Of a stretch of 64,000 nt of DNA, positions 35,925-47,882 are shown piece after piece. The stretch comes from Mobula hypostoma (lineage: Eukaryota): contig NC_086100.1 in the NCBI RefSeq assembly GCF_963921235.1, forward strand, positions 200,200,001 to 200,264,000, written 5' to 3'. Each line of letters starts with the position of its first letter. Positions within the stretch are counted from its first letter, which is position 1. The notes beneath the pieces are model-generated. The model searched no databases and had not been told where the DNA came from. It saw nothing but the letters and a program-made list of their open reading frames with translations. The translations under genes and the position numbers were made by a program.

Positions 35925-37280
35925 TCAATTGTTAAGGATGAGATTACAGAGTACCTGGAGGCACATGACAAGATAGGCCAAAGCCAGCATGGTTTCCTGA
36001 AAGGAAAATCTGCCTGACTAACCTACTGCAATTTTTTGAGGAAATTACAAGCAGGGTAGACAAAGGACATGTAGTAGACGTGGTGTACTTGGATTTTCAG
36101 AAGGTCTTTGACTAGTTGCTGCACATGAGACTGCTTAGCAAGATAAGAGCCCATGGAATTACAGGGAAGTTACTAGCATGGCTGGAGCATTGGGTGGTTG
36201 GCAGAAAACAGAGTGGGAATAAAGGGATCCTGTTCTGGCTGGCTGCCCCGTTACCAGTGGAGTACCACAGGGGTTGATGTTGGGACCGATAGTTTTTACA
36301 ACGTATGTTAATAATTTTCACAGTGGTATTAATGGATTTGTGGCTAAATTTGCTCATGATACAAAAATAGGTGGAGGAGCGGGTAGTGTTGAGGAAACAG
36401 AGAGCCTGTAGAGAGACTTAGATAGTTTAGGGGAATGGGCAAAGAAGTGACAAATGAAATACAATGTTACAAAGTGTATGGTCATGCACTTTGTTGGAAG
36501 GAATAAACAGGCAGACTATTATTTAGATGGGGAGAGAATTCAAAATGCAGAGATACAAAGGGACTTGGGAGTCCTTGTGGAAGATACCCTAAAGGTTAAC
36601 CTGCAGGTTGAGTCGGTTGTGAAGAAGGTGAACGCAATGTTGGCGTTCATTTCTAGAAGTATACAATATAAGAGCAAGGATATGATGTTGAGGCTCTATA
36701 AGGCACTCGTGAGACCATACTTGGAATATTGTGTGCAGTTTTGGGTTCCTTATTTTAGAAAGAATATACTGACATTAGTGAGGGTTCAGAGAAGATTCAC
36801 AGGAATGATTCCAGGAATGAGAGGGTTACCGTATGAGGAACGTCTGGCAGCTCTTGGGCTGTATTCCCTGGAGTTCAGGAGAATGAGAGGGGATTTCATA
36901 GAAACATTCCAAATGTTAAAAGGCCTGAACAGATTAGATATGGCAAAGTTTTTTCCCATGGTAGGGGATTCTAGGACAAGAGGGCACAAATTCAGGACTG
37001 AAGGATGTCCATTTAGAACAGAGATGCGGAGAAATTACTTTAGTCAGAGGGTGGTAAATCTGTGGAATTTGTTGCCACAAGCAGCTGTGGAGGACAAATC
37101 ATTGGGTGTATTTAAGGCAGAGATAGATAGGTTCTTCATTATCCAGGGCATCAAAGGGTATGGGGTGAAAGCAGGGGAGTGGGGATGACTGGAGAAATTG
37201 GATTAGCCAATGATTGAATGGCGAAGCAAACTCAATGGGCCGAATGGCCTACTTCTGCTCCTATATCATATGGTCTTATA
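35925..37280 (+). mobile_element. CR1 (family D) RT to 3' end, degraded
   Basis: YLDFQKVFD, GVPQG, ORF 36454-37188, ATGGTCTTAT tail. Confidence 0.9.
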
Positions 37281-37454
37281 AGAGAAGTGCTAACGGAGTG
37301 GTGTGGTCATATTGGGAGGGATATTGAGGTCAAAATGCTGTTGGTGGGGTCACTGATCTGGCTTTGGTGAGTATCGAGCTTCAGTGGAGAGGCTGAGCGG
37401 TAACCAGATGAGGGGTCTCTCAGTAGAAGGGACGAGGGACAAAGGTTCTGGAGG

Positions 37455-37680
37455 TCAGGGCAGTGGGACTCTCCTCCTGCAGGGTGTAGGAGATCAGGGA
37501 CATTTTCAATGTCCCAGTGACCACAACTACAGGAATTGTGTCCGGCTGCAGCTCCTGTCAGACCACATAGAGCAGGTGGGGCTGTGGTTGGACTCACCGT
37601 GGAGTATCCAGGATGGGGGTTGTGGGAGGTGTAGAGTGAGCTGGTTATAATGCAGAGACAGAGAGGAGGAGATGGGTGAT
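37455..37680 (+). mobile_element. Degraded CR1 ORF1 N-terminus (zinc finger / leucine zipper)
   Basis: SSC..EIRD...DHNYRNCVRLQLLSDHIE..L.LDS.WSIQD. Confidence 0.6.
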
Positions 37681-38196
37681 TAGCAGGAGGATAGGCAGTC
37701 TGGTAGTGTAGGAGTACTCCGGGATCAGTCCCCTCTCACACGGGTACATTGTATTGGTTACTTTAGGGGGTGGGGGGGGGCGTGATAATCACCCAGAGTG
37801 AAGGGTTGAAGGAGACAAATTTGTGAAATACAGATGGTAGGTGTGTGTGAGGGGAGGGGAGGGAGGTAGTGGGGGTGTGTTGGTAATTGAGATCAGTACA
37901 GACAAGTACGTACTGATCAGCATGAATATGACCGGCTGAAGGGGAGTTTGACTCGATACACCCACATGATTTCTTTGAAAAGCAAAGTTTACTTACAGTT
38001 CAAGTTCACCTGATTCAATCTGTCTCTGGAATTCAGTGTGTCCACATTCTCAACATTATTTCTTACAGCACGTTGATCAGAGTCACAGACACCTCTGGAG
38101 GGAGAAAGGGAGAGAGGGAGGGAGAGTGAGGGAGAGAGAGGGACAGAGAGAAGGAGGGAGTGGGAGAGTGAGGGTGAGAGATGGAGAGGGAGGGAG

Positions 38197-40873
38197 CAGG
38201 AAGGACATAAGCCGGGAAGATGTGGAATCGATATGGGTAGAGCTGCGTAACACTAAGGGGCAGAAGACGCTGGTGGGAGTTGTGTACAGGCCACTTAACA
38301 GTAGTAGTGAAGTCGGAGATGGTATTAAACAGGAAATTAGAAATGTGTGCAATAAAGGAACAGCAGTTATAATGGGTGACTTCAATCTACATGTAGACTG
38401 GGTGAACCAAATTGGTAAAGGTGCTGAGGAAGAGGATTTCTTGGAATGTATGCAGGATGGTTTTTTGAACCAACATGTCGAGGAACCAACTAGAGAGCAG
38501 GCTATTCTGGACTGGGTTTTGAGCAATGAGGAAGGGTTAATTAGCGATCTTGTCGTGAGAGGCCCCTTGGGTAAGAGTGACCATAATATGGTGGAATTCT
38601 TCATTAACATGGAGAGTGACATAGTTAATTAGGAAACAAAGGTTCTGAACTTAAAGAGGGGTAACTTTGAAGGTATGAGATGTGAATTAGCTAAGATAGA
38701 CTGGCAAATGACACTTAAAGGATTGACGGTGGATATGCAATGGCAAGCATTTAAAGGTTGCATGGATGAACTACAACAATTGTTCATCCCAGTTTGGCAA
38801 AAGAATAAATCAAGGAAGGTAGTGCACCCGTGGCTGACAAGAGAAATTAGGGATAGTATCAATTCCAAAGAAGTAGCATACAAATTAGCCAGAGAAAGTG
38901 GCTCACCTGAGGACTGGGAGAAATTCAGAGTTCAGCAGAGGAGGACAAAGGGCTTAATTAGGAAGGGGAAAAAAGATTATGAGAGAAAACTGGCGGGGAA
39001 CATAAAAACGGACTGTAAAAGCTTTTATAGATATGTAAAAAGGAAAAGACTGGTAAAGACAAATGTAGGTCCCCTGCAGACAGAAACAGGTGAATTGATT
39101 ATGGGGAGCAAGGACATGGCAGACCAATTGAATAATTACTTTGGTTCTGTCTTCACTAAGGAGGACATAAATAATCTTCCAGAAGTAGTAAGGGACAGAG
39201 GGTCCAGTGAGATGGAGGAACTGAGCGAAATACATGTTAGTAGGGAAGTGGTGTTAGGTAAATTGAAGGGATTGAAGGCAGATAAATCCCCAGGGCCAGA
39301 TGGTCTGCATCCCAGAGTGCTTAAGGAATTAGCCCAAGAAATAGTGGATGCATTAGTGATAATCTTTCAAAACTCGTTAGATTCTGGACTAGTTCCTGAG
39401 GATTGGAGGGTGGCTAATGTAACCCCACTTTTTAAAAAAGGAGGGAGAGAGAAACCGGGGAATTATAGACCGGTTAGCCTAACGTTGGTGGTGGGGAAAC
39501 TGCTGGAGTCAGTTATCAAGGATGTGATAACAGCACATTTGGAAAGCGGTGAAATGATCGGACAAAGTCAGCATGGATTTGTGAAAGGAAAATCATGTCT
39601 GACGAATCTCATAGAATTTTTTGAGGATGTAACTAGTAGAGTGGATAGGGGAGAACCAGTGGATGTGGTATATTTGGATTTTCAAAAGGCTTTTGACAAG
39701 GTCCCACACAGGAGATTAGTGTGCAAACTTAAAGCACACGGTATTGGGGGTAAGGTATTGGTGTGGGTGGAGAATTGGTTAGCAGACAGGAAGCAAAGAG
39801 TGGGAATAAACGGGACCTTTTCAGAATGGCAGGTGGTGACTAGTGGGGTACCGCAAGGCTCAGTGCTGGGACCCCAGTTGGTTACAATATATATTAATGA
39901 CTTGGATGAGGGAATTAAATGCAGTATCTCCAAGTTTGCGGATGACACGCAGCTGGGTGGCAGTGTTAGCAGTGAGGAGGATGCTAAGAGGATGCAGGGT
40001 GACTTGGATAGGTTGGGTGAGTGGGCAAACTCATGGCAGATGCAATTTAATGTGGATAAATGTGAAGTTATCCACTTTGGTGGCAAAAATAGGAAAACAG
40101 ATTATTATCTGAATGGTGGCCGATTAGGAAAAGGGGAGGTGCAACGAGACCTGGGTGTCATTATACACCAGTCATTGAAAGTGGGCATGCAGGTACAGCA
40201 GGCGGTGAAAAAGGCGAATGGTATGCTGGCATTTATAGCGAGGGGATTCGAGTACAGGAGCAGGGAGGTACTACTGCAGTTGTACAAGGCCTTGGTGAGA
40301 GCACACCTGGAGTATTGTGTGCAGTTTTGGTCCCCTAATCTGAGGAAAGACATCTTTGCCATAGAGGGAGTACAAAGAAGGTTCACCAGATTGATTCCTG
40401 GGATGGCAGGACTTTCATATGAAGAAAGACTGGATGAACTGGGCTTGTACTCGTTGGAATTTAGAAGATTGAGGGGGGATCTGATTGAAACGTATAAGAT
40501 CCTAAAGGGATTGGACAGGCTAGATGCAGGAAGATTGTTCCCGATGTTGGGGAAGTCCAGAACGAGGGGTCACAGTTTGAGGATAGAGGGGAAGCCTTTT
40601 AGGACCGAGATTAGGAAAAACTTCTTCACACAGAGAGTGGTGAATCTGTGGAATTCTCTGCCACAGGAAACTGTTGAGGCCAGTTCATTGGCTATGTTTA
40701 AGAGGGAGTTAGATATGGCCCTTGTGGCTACAGGGGTCAGGGGGTATGGAGGGAAGGCTGGGGCGGGGTTCTGAGTTGGATGATCAGCCATGATCATAAT
40801 AAATGGCGGTGCAGGCTCGAAGGGCCGAATGGCCTACTCCTGCACCTATTTTCTATGTTTCTATGTTTCTATG
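38197..40873 (+). mobile_element. Young CR1 (family A), 5'-truncated within the endonuclease, otherwise nearly intact ORF2
   Basis: ESIWVEL..GVVYRP..MGDFN..LDWVL..SDH, then one in-frame stop at 38630-38632, then the 699-aa ORF; (TTTCTATG)3 tail. Confidence 0.96.
38675..40774 (+). CDS. CR1 ORF2 reverse transcriptase portion (699 aa, uninterrupted)
   Basis: KSPGPDG, NYRPVSL, QHGF, YLDFQKAFD, GVPQGSVLGP, FADD, DLGV, RGHSL..RKNFFTQRVVNLWNSLP. Confidence 0.9.
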   Translation: MRCELAKIDWQMTLKGLTVDMQWQAFKGCMDELQQLFIPVWQKNKSRKVVHPWLTREIRDSINSKEVAYKLARESGSPEDWEKFRVQQRRTKGLIRKGKKDYERKLAGNIKTDCKSFYRYVKRKRLVKTNVGPLQTETGELIMGSKDMADQLNNYFGSVFTKEDINNLPEVVRDRGSSEMEELSEIHVSREVVLGKLKGLKADKSPGPDGLHPRVLKELAQEIVDALVIIFQNSLDSGLVPEDWRVANVTPLFKKGGREKPGNYRPVSLTLVVGKLLESVIKDVITAHLESGEMIGQSQHGFVKGKSCLTNLIEFFEDVTSRVDRGEPVDVVYLDFQKAFDKVPHRRLVCKLKAHGIGGKVLVWVENWLADRKQRVGINGTFSEWQVVTSGVPQGSVLGPQLVTIYINDLDEGIKCSISKFADDTQLGGSVSSEEDAKRMQGDLDRLGEWANSWQMQFNVDKCEVIHFGGKNRKTDYYLNGGRLGKGEVQRDLGVIIHQSLKVGMQVQQAVKKANGMLAFIARGFEYRSREVLLQLYKALVRAHLEYCVQFWSPNLRKDIFAIEGVQRRFTRLIPGMAGLSYEERLDELGLYSLEFRRLRGDLIETYKILKGLDRLDAGRLFPMLGKSRTRGHSLRIEGKPFRTEIRKNFFTQRVVNLWNSLPQETVEASSLAMFKRELDMALVATGVRGYGGKAGAGF

Positions 40874-43309
40874 AAAGTGAGGGGGAGGGGGAGGAAGAGT
40901 GAGGGAGAGGGGGAGGGAGTGTGAGGAAGAGGGAGGGAGTGGGAGTGGGTGGGAGTGTGAGGAAAAGGGGTAGGGAGAGTGGGGGAGGGAGAGGCAGGGA
41001 ATTCAGTGTGTCCACATTTTCGACATTATTTAGGAGAGCACATTGATCAACACACAGACACCTCTGTAGGGAGAGAGGCAGGGAAAGTGAGGGAGAGGTA
41101 GACGGAAGGAGAGGAAGAGTGACGGAGAGGGAGGTAGAGGGATGGAGAGGGAGAGAGAGTGAGGGAGAGGGATGGAAAAAGAAAGAAAGAAGAAAGGATG
41201 GAACTTACTGAATAAGAAGAGCAGTCAGATATCATATGAGGGTCCTGGGCTCAGTCCCCTCTCACATGGGTACATTGTAAATGTACGTGGGGGTGGGTTA
41301 TTGCTGTAATCGTCACTCAGATGAGAGAGGTAGCAGCAGTCTAGTGTGTAAACCAGGATATGGGAGAGAGAGAGATGGGTGGGTGATCACCAGGAGAGGT
41401 GGACAGTCTGGAAGTGCAGGTGTGTCCTGGGTTCAGTCCCCTCTCACACGGGTACATTGTGTTGACTACTTTAGGTGTGGGAGGTGCAACTGAAGATGGT
41501 AGAAGGGGTGACCAGTGACGGGTGCATGGCATTAGAAACAAGGATGGGCAGAGAGATGGTAGAGTAGGAGTGGGAGAGATTTAATAACTGGGATCACTAT
41601 GGATCAGAATGGATATGAAAGGCTGAAGGGCTGTATGACTGGATACCATCACATGACTTCTCTGAAAGCAAAGGACGTGGTCTGGGTGTGGTTTAAAGTG
41701 AAAGCACGGAATCTTTCTGTAAGCCAGGGTACGGTAACAAAGATCACACTGAGAGTCTGAAGCAGTCAGTCACTGGCCAGGTCACTGATGGAAGCAGCTG
41801 CTTCATCTGCCGTTTGCTGTTTTACAGTTTGGTTTAGACTGATTTGCTGTTTCTTTGGAATTTAGTTCATCCATCTACGAAATATCAGTTCTGATAAAGT
41901 GTGATTGGATTCAGAAACAGTAGGGAGCTTTTTTCTGGCTTGCGATCAGTCATCTTCTCGCTGCTGTCCGCCTTTCCCTTCTGCTTTTAAACCCAACAGA
42001 CTGTTCCTGTGATCATTATGGAGTCTGACCCCATAAAACTCCTCCATTGACACGGCATCCCCATGCTGAAGGATATTCTCCAACAGCAGCTCAAGTGTGG
42101 CTGCATCTCCTGTAGAACCATCTTCAGACTCAGAAAGATCTCCTGGACACAGTTTATCAGTTCATTCCCCTGTAGAGCTGTCACACTGAGGCTGAAGCTC
42201 CAAGTTCCTGAACCTTAGTACTCTTTCATCTCTGTAATCTGTCTCCATATTGACTTCTCCATCTCCCACTGACTGTTGTGATCTCTGTCATATACTCCAA
42301 CCAAAGTGATCACCCTTTTCTAATTTGGAACCTTTGCCTCACTAGAAGAAACTCTGGGGCAATCTCCCTCCTTTCTGCAGTGCTGGTCTCATTCATCAAT
42401 ACCCTACTTATACATACCTCCCCATCACTCCTGAAGTGTCTGTATCCCAGCAAAGTCCTGCTCTTGTCCCATTTCTGTGACTGCAACAATATCATGTTCC
42501 CAATGCTGACCAATGCGCTAAGTTCATCTGCCCGACCAATCAGTCTCTTTGCATTTACTCAGAGCATTTTAGCCCTTCAGTCCGCCCCGAGCTTTATTAA
42601 ACCAGCTCTGATCTGCCCACTAGAGTGACCTTGTTTTCTTTCTATATTTGACAGTATCGTCTCCCCTCCTGGTTATAGTCTCTGTGTGCCCCCACCCTGT
42701 CAGATAAGCTTAAACCCACCCCAACAACACCAGTAAACTCCCTGTAGGGATATCGGCTCCATCCTGGATTGGGCACAAACCACTCGGCTTGTAAAGGTCC
42801 CGCATTGCTCCAAAACATTCTCAGTAAAGCCGATAGTCAGAGGCTTTTTCCCAGGGCTGAAATGGCCGCCACAAGAGGTTTAAGGTGCTTGGAAGACTGT
42901 ACAGAGGAGATGTCAGTGGTATGTTTTTTTTATGCAGAGAGTGGTGAGTGCATAAAATGGGCTGCCCGCAGTGCTGGTCGAGGCGGAAATGATAGGATCT
43001 TTTAAGAGGCTCCTGGATGACTGCATGGAGCTTAGAAAAATAGAGGGCTATGGGTACAGCCTAGGTAGTTCTAAGGTAGGGACATGTTTGGCACAGCTTT
43101 GTGGGCCAAAGCGTTTGTATTGTGCTGTATGTTTTCTATGTTTCTATTTTCTAAATCTAATTCCCTTTCTCCTATACCGTCACTCAGCTGTGTTGACCTG
43201 TCCTATCCTCCCGTTCTCCTACTCTCAGCACTGTGTGGCACTGAAAATAATGGAGAGAATGAAACTACAGGACCGGCAAGATTCCACATGATGGACATAC
43301 AGAGAGTCC

Positions 43310-46135
43310 ATAAGACCATAGGATGATGAGATATAGGAGCAAAGTTAGGCCATTTGCCAATCAAGTCCGCTCCACCATTTCATCATGGCTGATCCAATTT
43401 TCCTCTCAGCCCCAGTCTCCTGCCTTCTCCTCGTATCCCTTCATGCCCTGAACAATCAGGAATCTGTCAACCTCTGCCTTAAATATACATAAAGACTTGG
43501 TCTCCACAGCTGCCTGTGGCAAAGAATTCCACAGATTCACCATTCCCTGGCTAAAGAAATTCTTCCTTATTTCCGTTCTAAAAGGACGCCATTCTGTTCT
43601 AAGGCTGTGTCCTCTAGTCTTAGGCACTCTTACCAGAGGTGACATCCTCTCCACATTCATTCTATCAAGGCCTTTCACCATTCGATAAGTTTCAATGAGA
43701 CCACCCGTCATTCTTTCTGAATTCTAGTGTATACGGACCCAGAGCCATCAAATGCTCTTCATATGACAAGCCATTCAATCCTGGAATCATTTTCATGAAC
43801 CTCCTTTGAACCCTCTCAAGTTTCAGAACATCCTTTCTAAGATAAGGGGCCCAAAACTGCTCACAAAACTCTGTGAGGCCTCACCAGTGCTTTATAAAGT
43901 CTCAATAATTCCATCATTGCTTTTATATTCTAGTCCTTTTGCGATGAAAGCTAATATTGCATTTGCCTTCCTCACCACAGACTCAACCTGCAAATTAACC
44001 TTTAGGGAATCCTGCACAAGCACTCCCAGATGTCTTTGCACTGCAGACTTCTGAATTTTCTCTCCATTTAGAAAATAGTCTACACGTTTATTTTTTCTAC
44101 CAAAGTTGAGGACCAAACACTTCCTGACACTGTATTCCACCTGCCATGTCTTTGCCCATTCTCCTAATCTTTCTAAGTTCTTCTGTAGCCTCTCTACATC
44201 CTCAAAACTGCCTGATCCTCCCGCTATCTTCGTGTCATCTGCAAAGATGACCACAAAGTCATCAATTCTGTCACCTGTCATTGAGATATAAGAAGAATCT
44301 GTCCCAACACAGACCCCTGTGGAACACCACTAGTCAATAGGTTTCAATTGCATACCCGGCTCGAGAGATCAATGTTCATACCATCAGGTTGGAGGCTACC
44401 CAAAAAGAATACAAGGTGTTGTTCCTCCAACCTAAGTGTGGCCTCATCATGACAGTGCTGGAGGCCATGGAAGAACATATTGGAATGGGAATGGGAAGTG
44501 GAATTAAAATGAGTGGCCACTGGGAGTTCCCGCTTGTTCTTGTGGACAGAGCATAGGTGCTCAGTGAAACTGTCAGCCAATCTACGTTGCGTCTCACTAG
44601 CATACAAGAGGCCATACCGGGAGCACATTAGGTTTTCCTTTGAGGAAACTATAGCCTATTTTATCATGTGCCTCCAAGTACACTGAGACCTCATCCTTAA
44701 TAATCAACAACATCTTCCCAACCACTGAGCTCAAACTAACTGGCCTATAATTTCCTTTCTTCTGCCTCTCTCCCTTCTTGAAGAGTGGAGTGACATTTAC
44801 ATTTTTCCAGTCTTCCAGAACCCATCCGTAATCTAGTGGTTCTTGAATCATACTTACCAATGGCTCCCCAATCTATTCAGCCACCTCTTTCGGGATGGGA
44901 TATAGACCGTCTGATCCAGGTGATTTTTTTTTAACTTCAGACCTTTCAGTTTCTCAAAAACCTTCTCCCTAGTAATGGTAACTTCACACACTTTTTCCCC
45001 CTTGATACTCTCAAACTTCCATCATACTGCAAATGTCTTTCACAGTGAAGTCTGATGCAAAATACTCATTCAGTTCGTCTGCCATTTCCTTGTCCCAATT
45101 ACTATCTATCCAGCATTGTTTTTCTGTGGTCCGATATCCACTCTCACCTCTCTTTTACACTGATATCTCTCTATCATGTCTAAAACAACAGAATCCCAGA
45201 ATATTGAGGTGCCTGTCCTACCCCTCCTGTAACCAGGTTTCACTGACGGCTGCGATGTCATAATTCACATGCTGGTCCATGCCCTAAGCTCATCTACTTT
45301 TCCGACAATACTCCTAACTCGGAAGATTATTCCCACTCTGCTCAACATTTTGGTTCCTGTCTTTGCATGTAGGCTTGATAACATTTTTGCTCACAACCAC
45401 TCCACTATCTGCCCTGGCACTCTGGTTACCAACCCCTGCAACTCTAGTTTAACACCCCCCCCCCCACACTTTCCAGAGCAGCACAAGCAAACCCTCTCAC
45501 TGGGATAATGGTCCCCCTCCAGCTCGGGTGCAAACACACCTTCCTTGGAAGAGAGCCGAAAGATCAGGAAATTCTGACTCACTCACTCCTGTCCTAAATC
45601 CTTAGCCTCGTGTTAAACTGTGTGATCTTCCTTGTTCTGACACCTCTAGCAAATAGAAAGGGTAGAAATCCTGAGATCACAACCCTGGAGATCCTGTCCT
45701 TTAACTTCCTGAACTCACTTTGCAGGGTCTCATCACCCTTCCTGCCTATATCATTGGTGGCTACGTAGACCATGACCTCTGGCTACTCCCCCTCTCCCTT
45801 AAGAAAGCCGTGCACTGCATCCGAGATGTCCCTGATCCTGGCACCTAAGAGGCAATGTACCATCTAGGAATTTCATTCCTTTCCACAGTACCGATAAGTA
45901 CCCAAACTGTATCTCCCCCTAACCAATGAATCCCCTATCACTACTGATCTCCTCTTCTCCCCACTTCTCTTCAGAGCCAAAGAGACAGACTCAGTGCCAG
46001 AGACCTGACCACTGTGACTTTCCTCTGTTATGTCATTGCGCATGTCCCTCATTGCCCACATCCCTCAAAGTTGTGTCCATATTATTGAGGGGAACAGCCA
46101 TGGGGGTACCCTGCAGTGGCTGCCTATCCCCTTTT
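43310..46135 (-). mobile_element. Degraded minus-strand CR1 pieces (3' end/RT 43310-44340, RT N-terminus 44630-45160, EN/ORF1 45160-46135)
   Basis: FADDTKI, GNYRPVSL, RRSVVIGDSLVRG motifs on the minus strand. Confidence 0.85.
44342..44628 (-). mobile_element. Penelope-like GIY-YIG fragment
   Basis: CSRYGLLYASETQRRLADSFTEH..PVATHFN..LEEQHLVF..GSLQPDGMNID; paralogous to 23481-23756. Confidence 0.85.
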
Positions 46136-46154
46136 TAATTGAGATACAGCAAAG

Positions 46155-46690
46155 AATGTGTTCTGGTTTGGGTTGAAGCTGAAGACACTGAATCTCCCAG
46201 TGAACCAGAGTACAGTCATGGGTCATACTGACAGTCTGAAGCTGACCGTCACAGCCGGGTCACACAAAAGACTGGAGGAACTCAGCAGGCCAGGCAGCAC
46301 CTCTGCAAGGCAATGAGGAGCGGTGGGAGTTATTGATAAAGATGGTTAGACCATGAGCTGGGTACAGTGGAGTGTGGCAGAGAGCTGGATAGAGAGTGTA
46401 TGGGGAGAGGTGGCAGGACTGGCACTGGGAGGGAGTTGGTAAATGGGATCGGTGTGGACATACTCGATGGACAGCTCGAATATGGTGGTCTGATGGACGG
46501 GCTCTTTGACTGTGTACAAACAGTCACATGATTTCTTTGTGAAGCAAAGCTTCTTCTCTGGGTGGCTTTGAAGCTAAAAGCATTGATTCTCTCAGTAAAA
46601 CCAGGGTAGAGTCACAGCAGAGATCACCAGGAGAGGTGGGCAGTCTGGTAGTGCAGGAGTGTCCTGGAGTCAGTCCCCCCTCACACGGTA
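46155..46690 (+). repeat. Highly diverged cassette remnants (46155-46265 and 46440-46690)
   Basis: CAGTCACATGATTTCTTTGTGAAGCAAAG...TAAAACCAGGGTAGAGT; GAS and IRF-E are mutated. Confidence 0.6.
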
Positions 46691-46883
46691 CATTACACCA
46701 TAAGACCATAAGACATAGGAGCAAAGTTAAGCCATTCAGCCCATGGAGTATTCTCTGCGATTCCATCATGGCTGATCCTGGATCCCACTCAACCCCGTAC
46801 ACCTGCCTTCTCACCATATCCTGTGATGCCCTGACCGATCAGGGAATGATCAATTTCCTCTTTAAATACAGTAGTGATAGTAG

Positions 46884-47782
46884 TGTGATGAAAGTACACA
46901 TAGACTAAGATGTTGACTGTCCTGTGCTATCACCAGTGGGATCAACAGTTGATCTGCCACCTGTCTTCAGGAGAGAGAGATAAGTAAGACAATGGAGCAG
47001 CATTTGGAAATGTTAATGAAGAGACGAGAGAGTTTAACGGAAGGAGACACCGGTCTGGGTATTGTCAAGACCGGCTCCTTTTTGAACCCTGAACTGTTTG
47101 AAGTCTGATGGACAGGCGATACCCCAACAGGGGGGATAAGAAGGGACAGGTTCGCTAAGGCAACAGACACCACGCAAGACACCACTCACAACACCACGAG
47201 GTATCGATTCCCTGGAAGCGGTGCGCCCCCACAAGTCAGTGGGAGTTTTGGAGGACTGTTCGCGGGACCAGTCACAGATGCACAGGGTGGAAAGATTCGA
47301 TCGGCGGGAACCTGGTGTGTGTGTCCACCCTTGCCTGGGTGCCGGGTTCACCGCAGAAGAACGATCGTATCTGAAACGAAGGGATCACAGTCGGTGACCT
47401 CAGAAGACATTACAAAGGGCTTGCCCGAAAGCTAACTGCGAGAAATATCAAAGGTCTGTTGAATCCGATTTGAATATCAGCATTCGCTCTCTCTCTCCCC
47501 AAAAGCACGACGGCAATTACTGCGAACTGAACTAAACTGAACTCTGTCACTTCTGATTGATCATTTTACCCCTAGACTGCGATAGTGTTTGATTGATCCT
47601 ATTATCCCAGTTCTGTGTACATGTGTGTTTATTCAGTGCTAACCTGTTGCATTTATATCCTTACTATTAGAGTACTGTATTGTTTAATTCTTTAATAGAA
47701 CTTTCTTAGTTCCAGTAATCCAGACTCCAACTGAGTGATCCATTTCTGCTGGTTTGGCAACCCAGTTACTGGGTACGTAACA
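46884..47782 (+). repeat. 5' LTR (899 bp)
   Basis: Direct repeat of 51074-51969 with scattered substitutions. Confidence 0.95.
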
Positions 47783-47786
47783 TAAG

Positions 47787-47806
47787 TGGGGTTCTCGTCC
47801 GTGATT
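47787..47806 (+). promoter_or_regulatory. Primer-binding site, tRNA-Pro-like
   Basis: TGGGGTTCTCGTCCGTGATT resembles the complement of the tRNA-Pro 3' end (TGGGGGCTCGTCCGGGATT); 4 nt after the LTR. Confidence 0.7.
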
Positions 47807-47882
47807 TCGAATGCTAAATTTGGGGACGGGGTAAATTGATTGGGTTAAAATTCCCGAAAGAAAGAAAAGGCAAACAGCAGAA

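Larger units (their letters stand above)
37670..41920 (+). repeat. Second higher-order unit, split by a CR1 insertion (short cassette 37885-38100; full cassette 41585-41920 with E-box 41650, GAS 41658, AAAGTGAAAGC at about 41695)
   Basis: Segment-by-segment match with 34515-35830. Confidence 0.8.

Noticed and set aside
32422..42628. Identical 116-aa ORF in two copies as a conserved gene
   Set aside because: It is antisense to a decayed CR1 endonuclease and starts at GTG; the identity is explained by duplication or conversion.
3588..45070. CACAGTG heptamers (about 3589, 34289, 36319, 45041) as V(D)J recombination signals
   Set aside because: No ACAAAAACC-like nonamer at 12 or 23 bp spacing, all lie in TE-derived sequence, and no V, D or J coding segments are visible.
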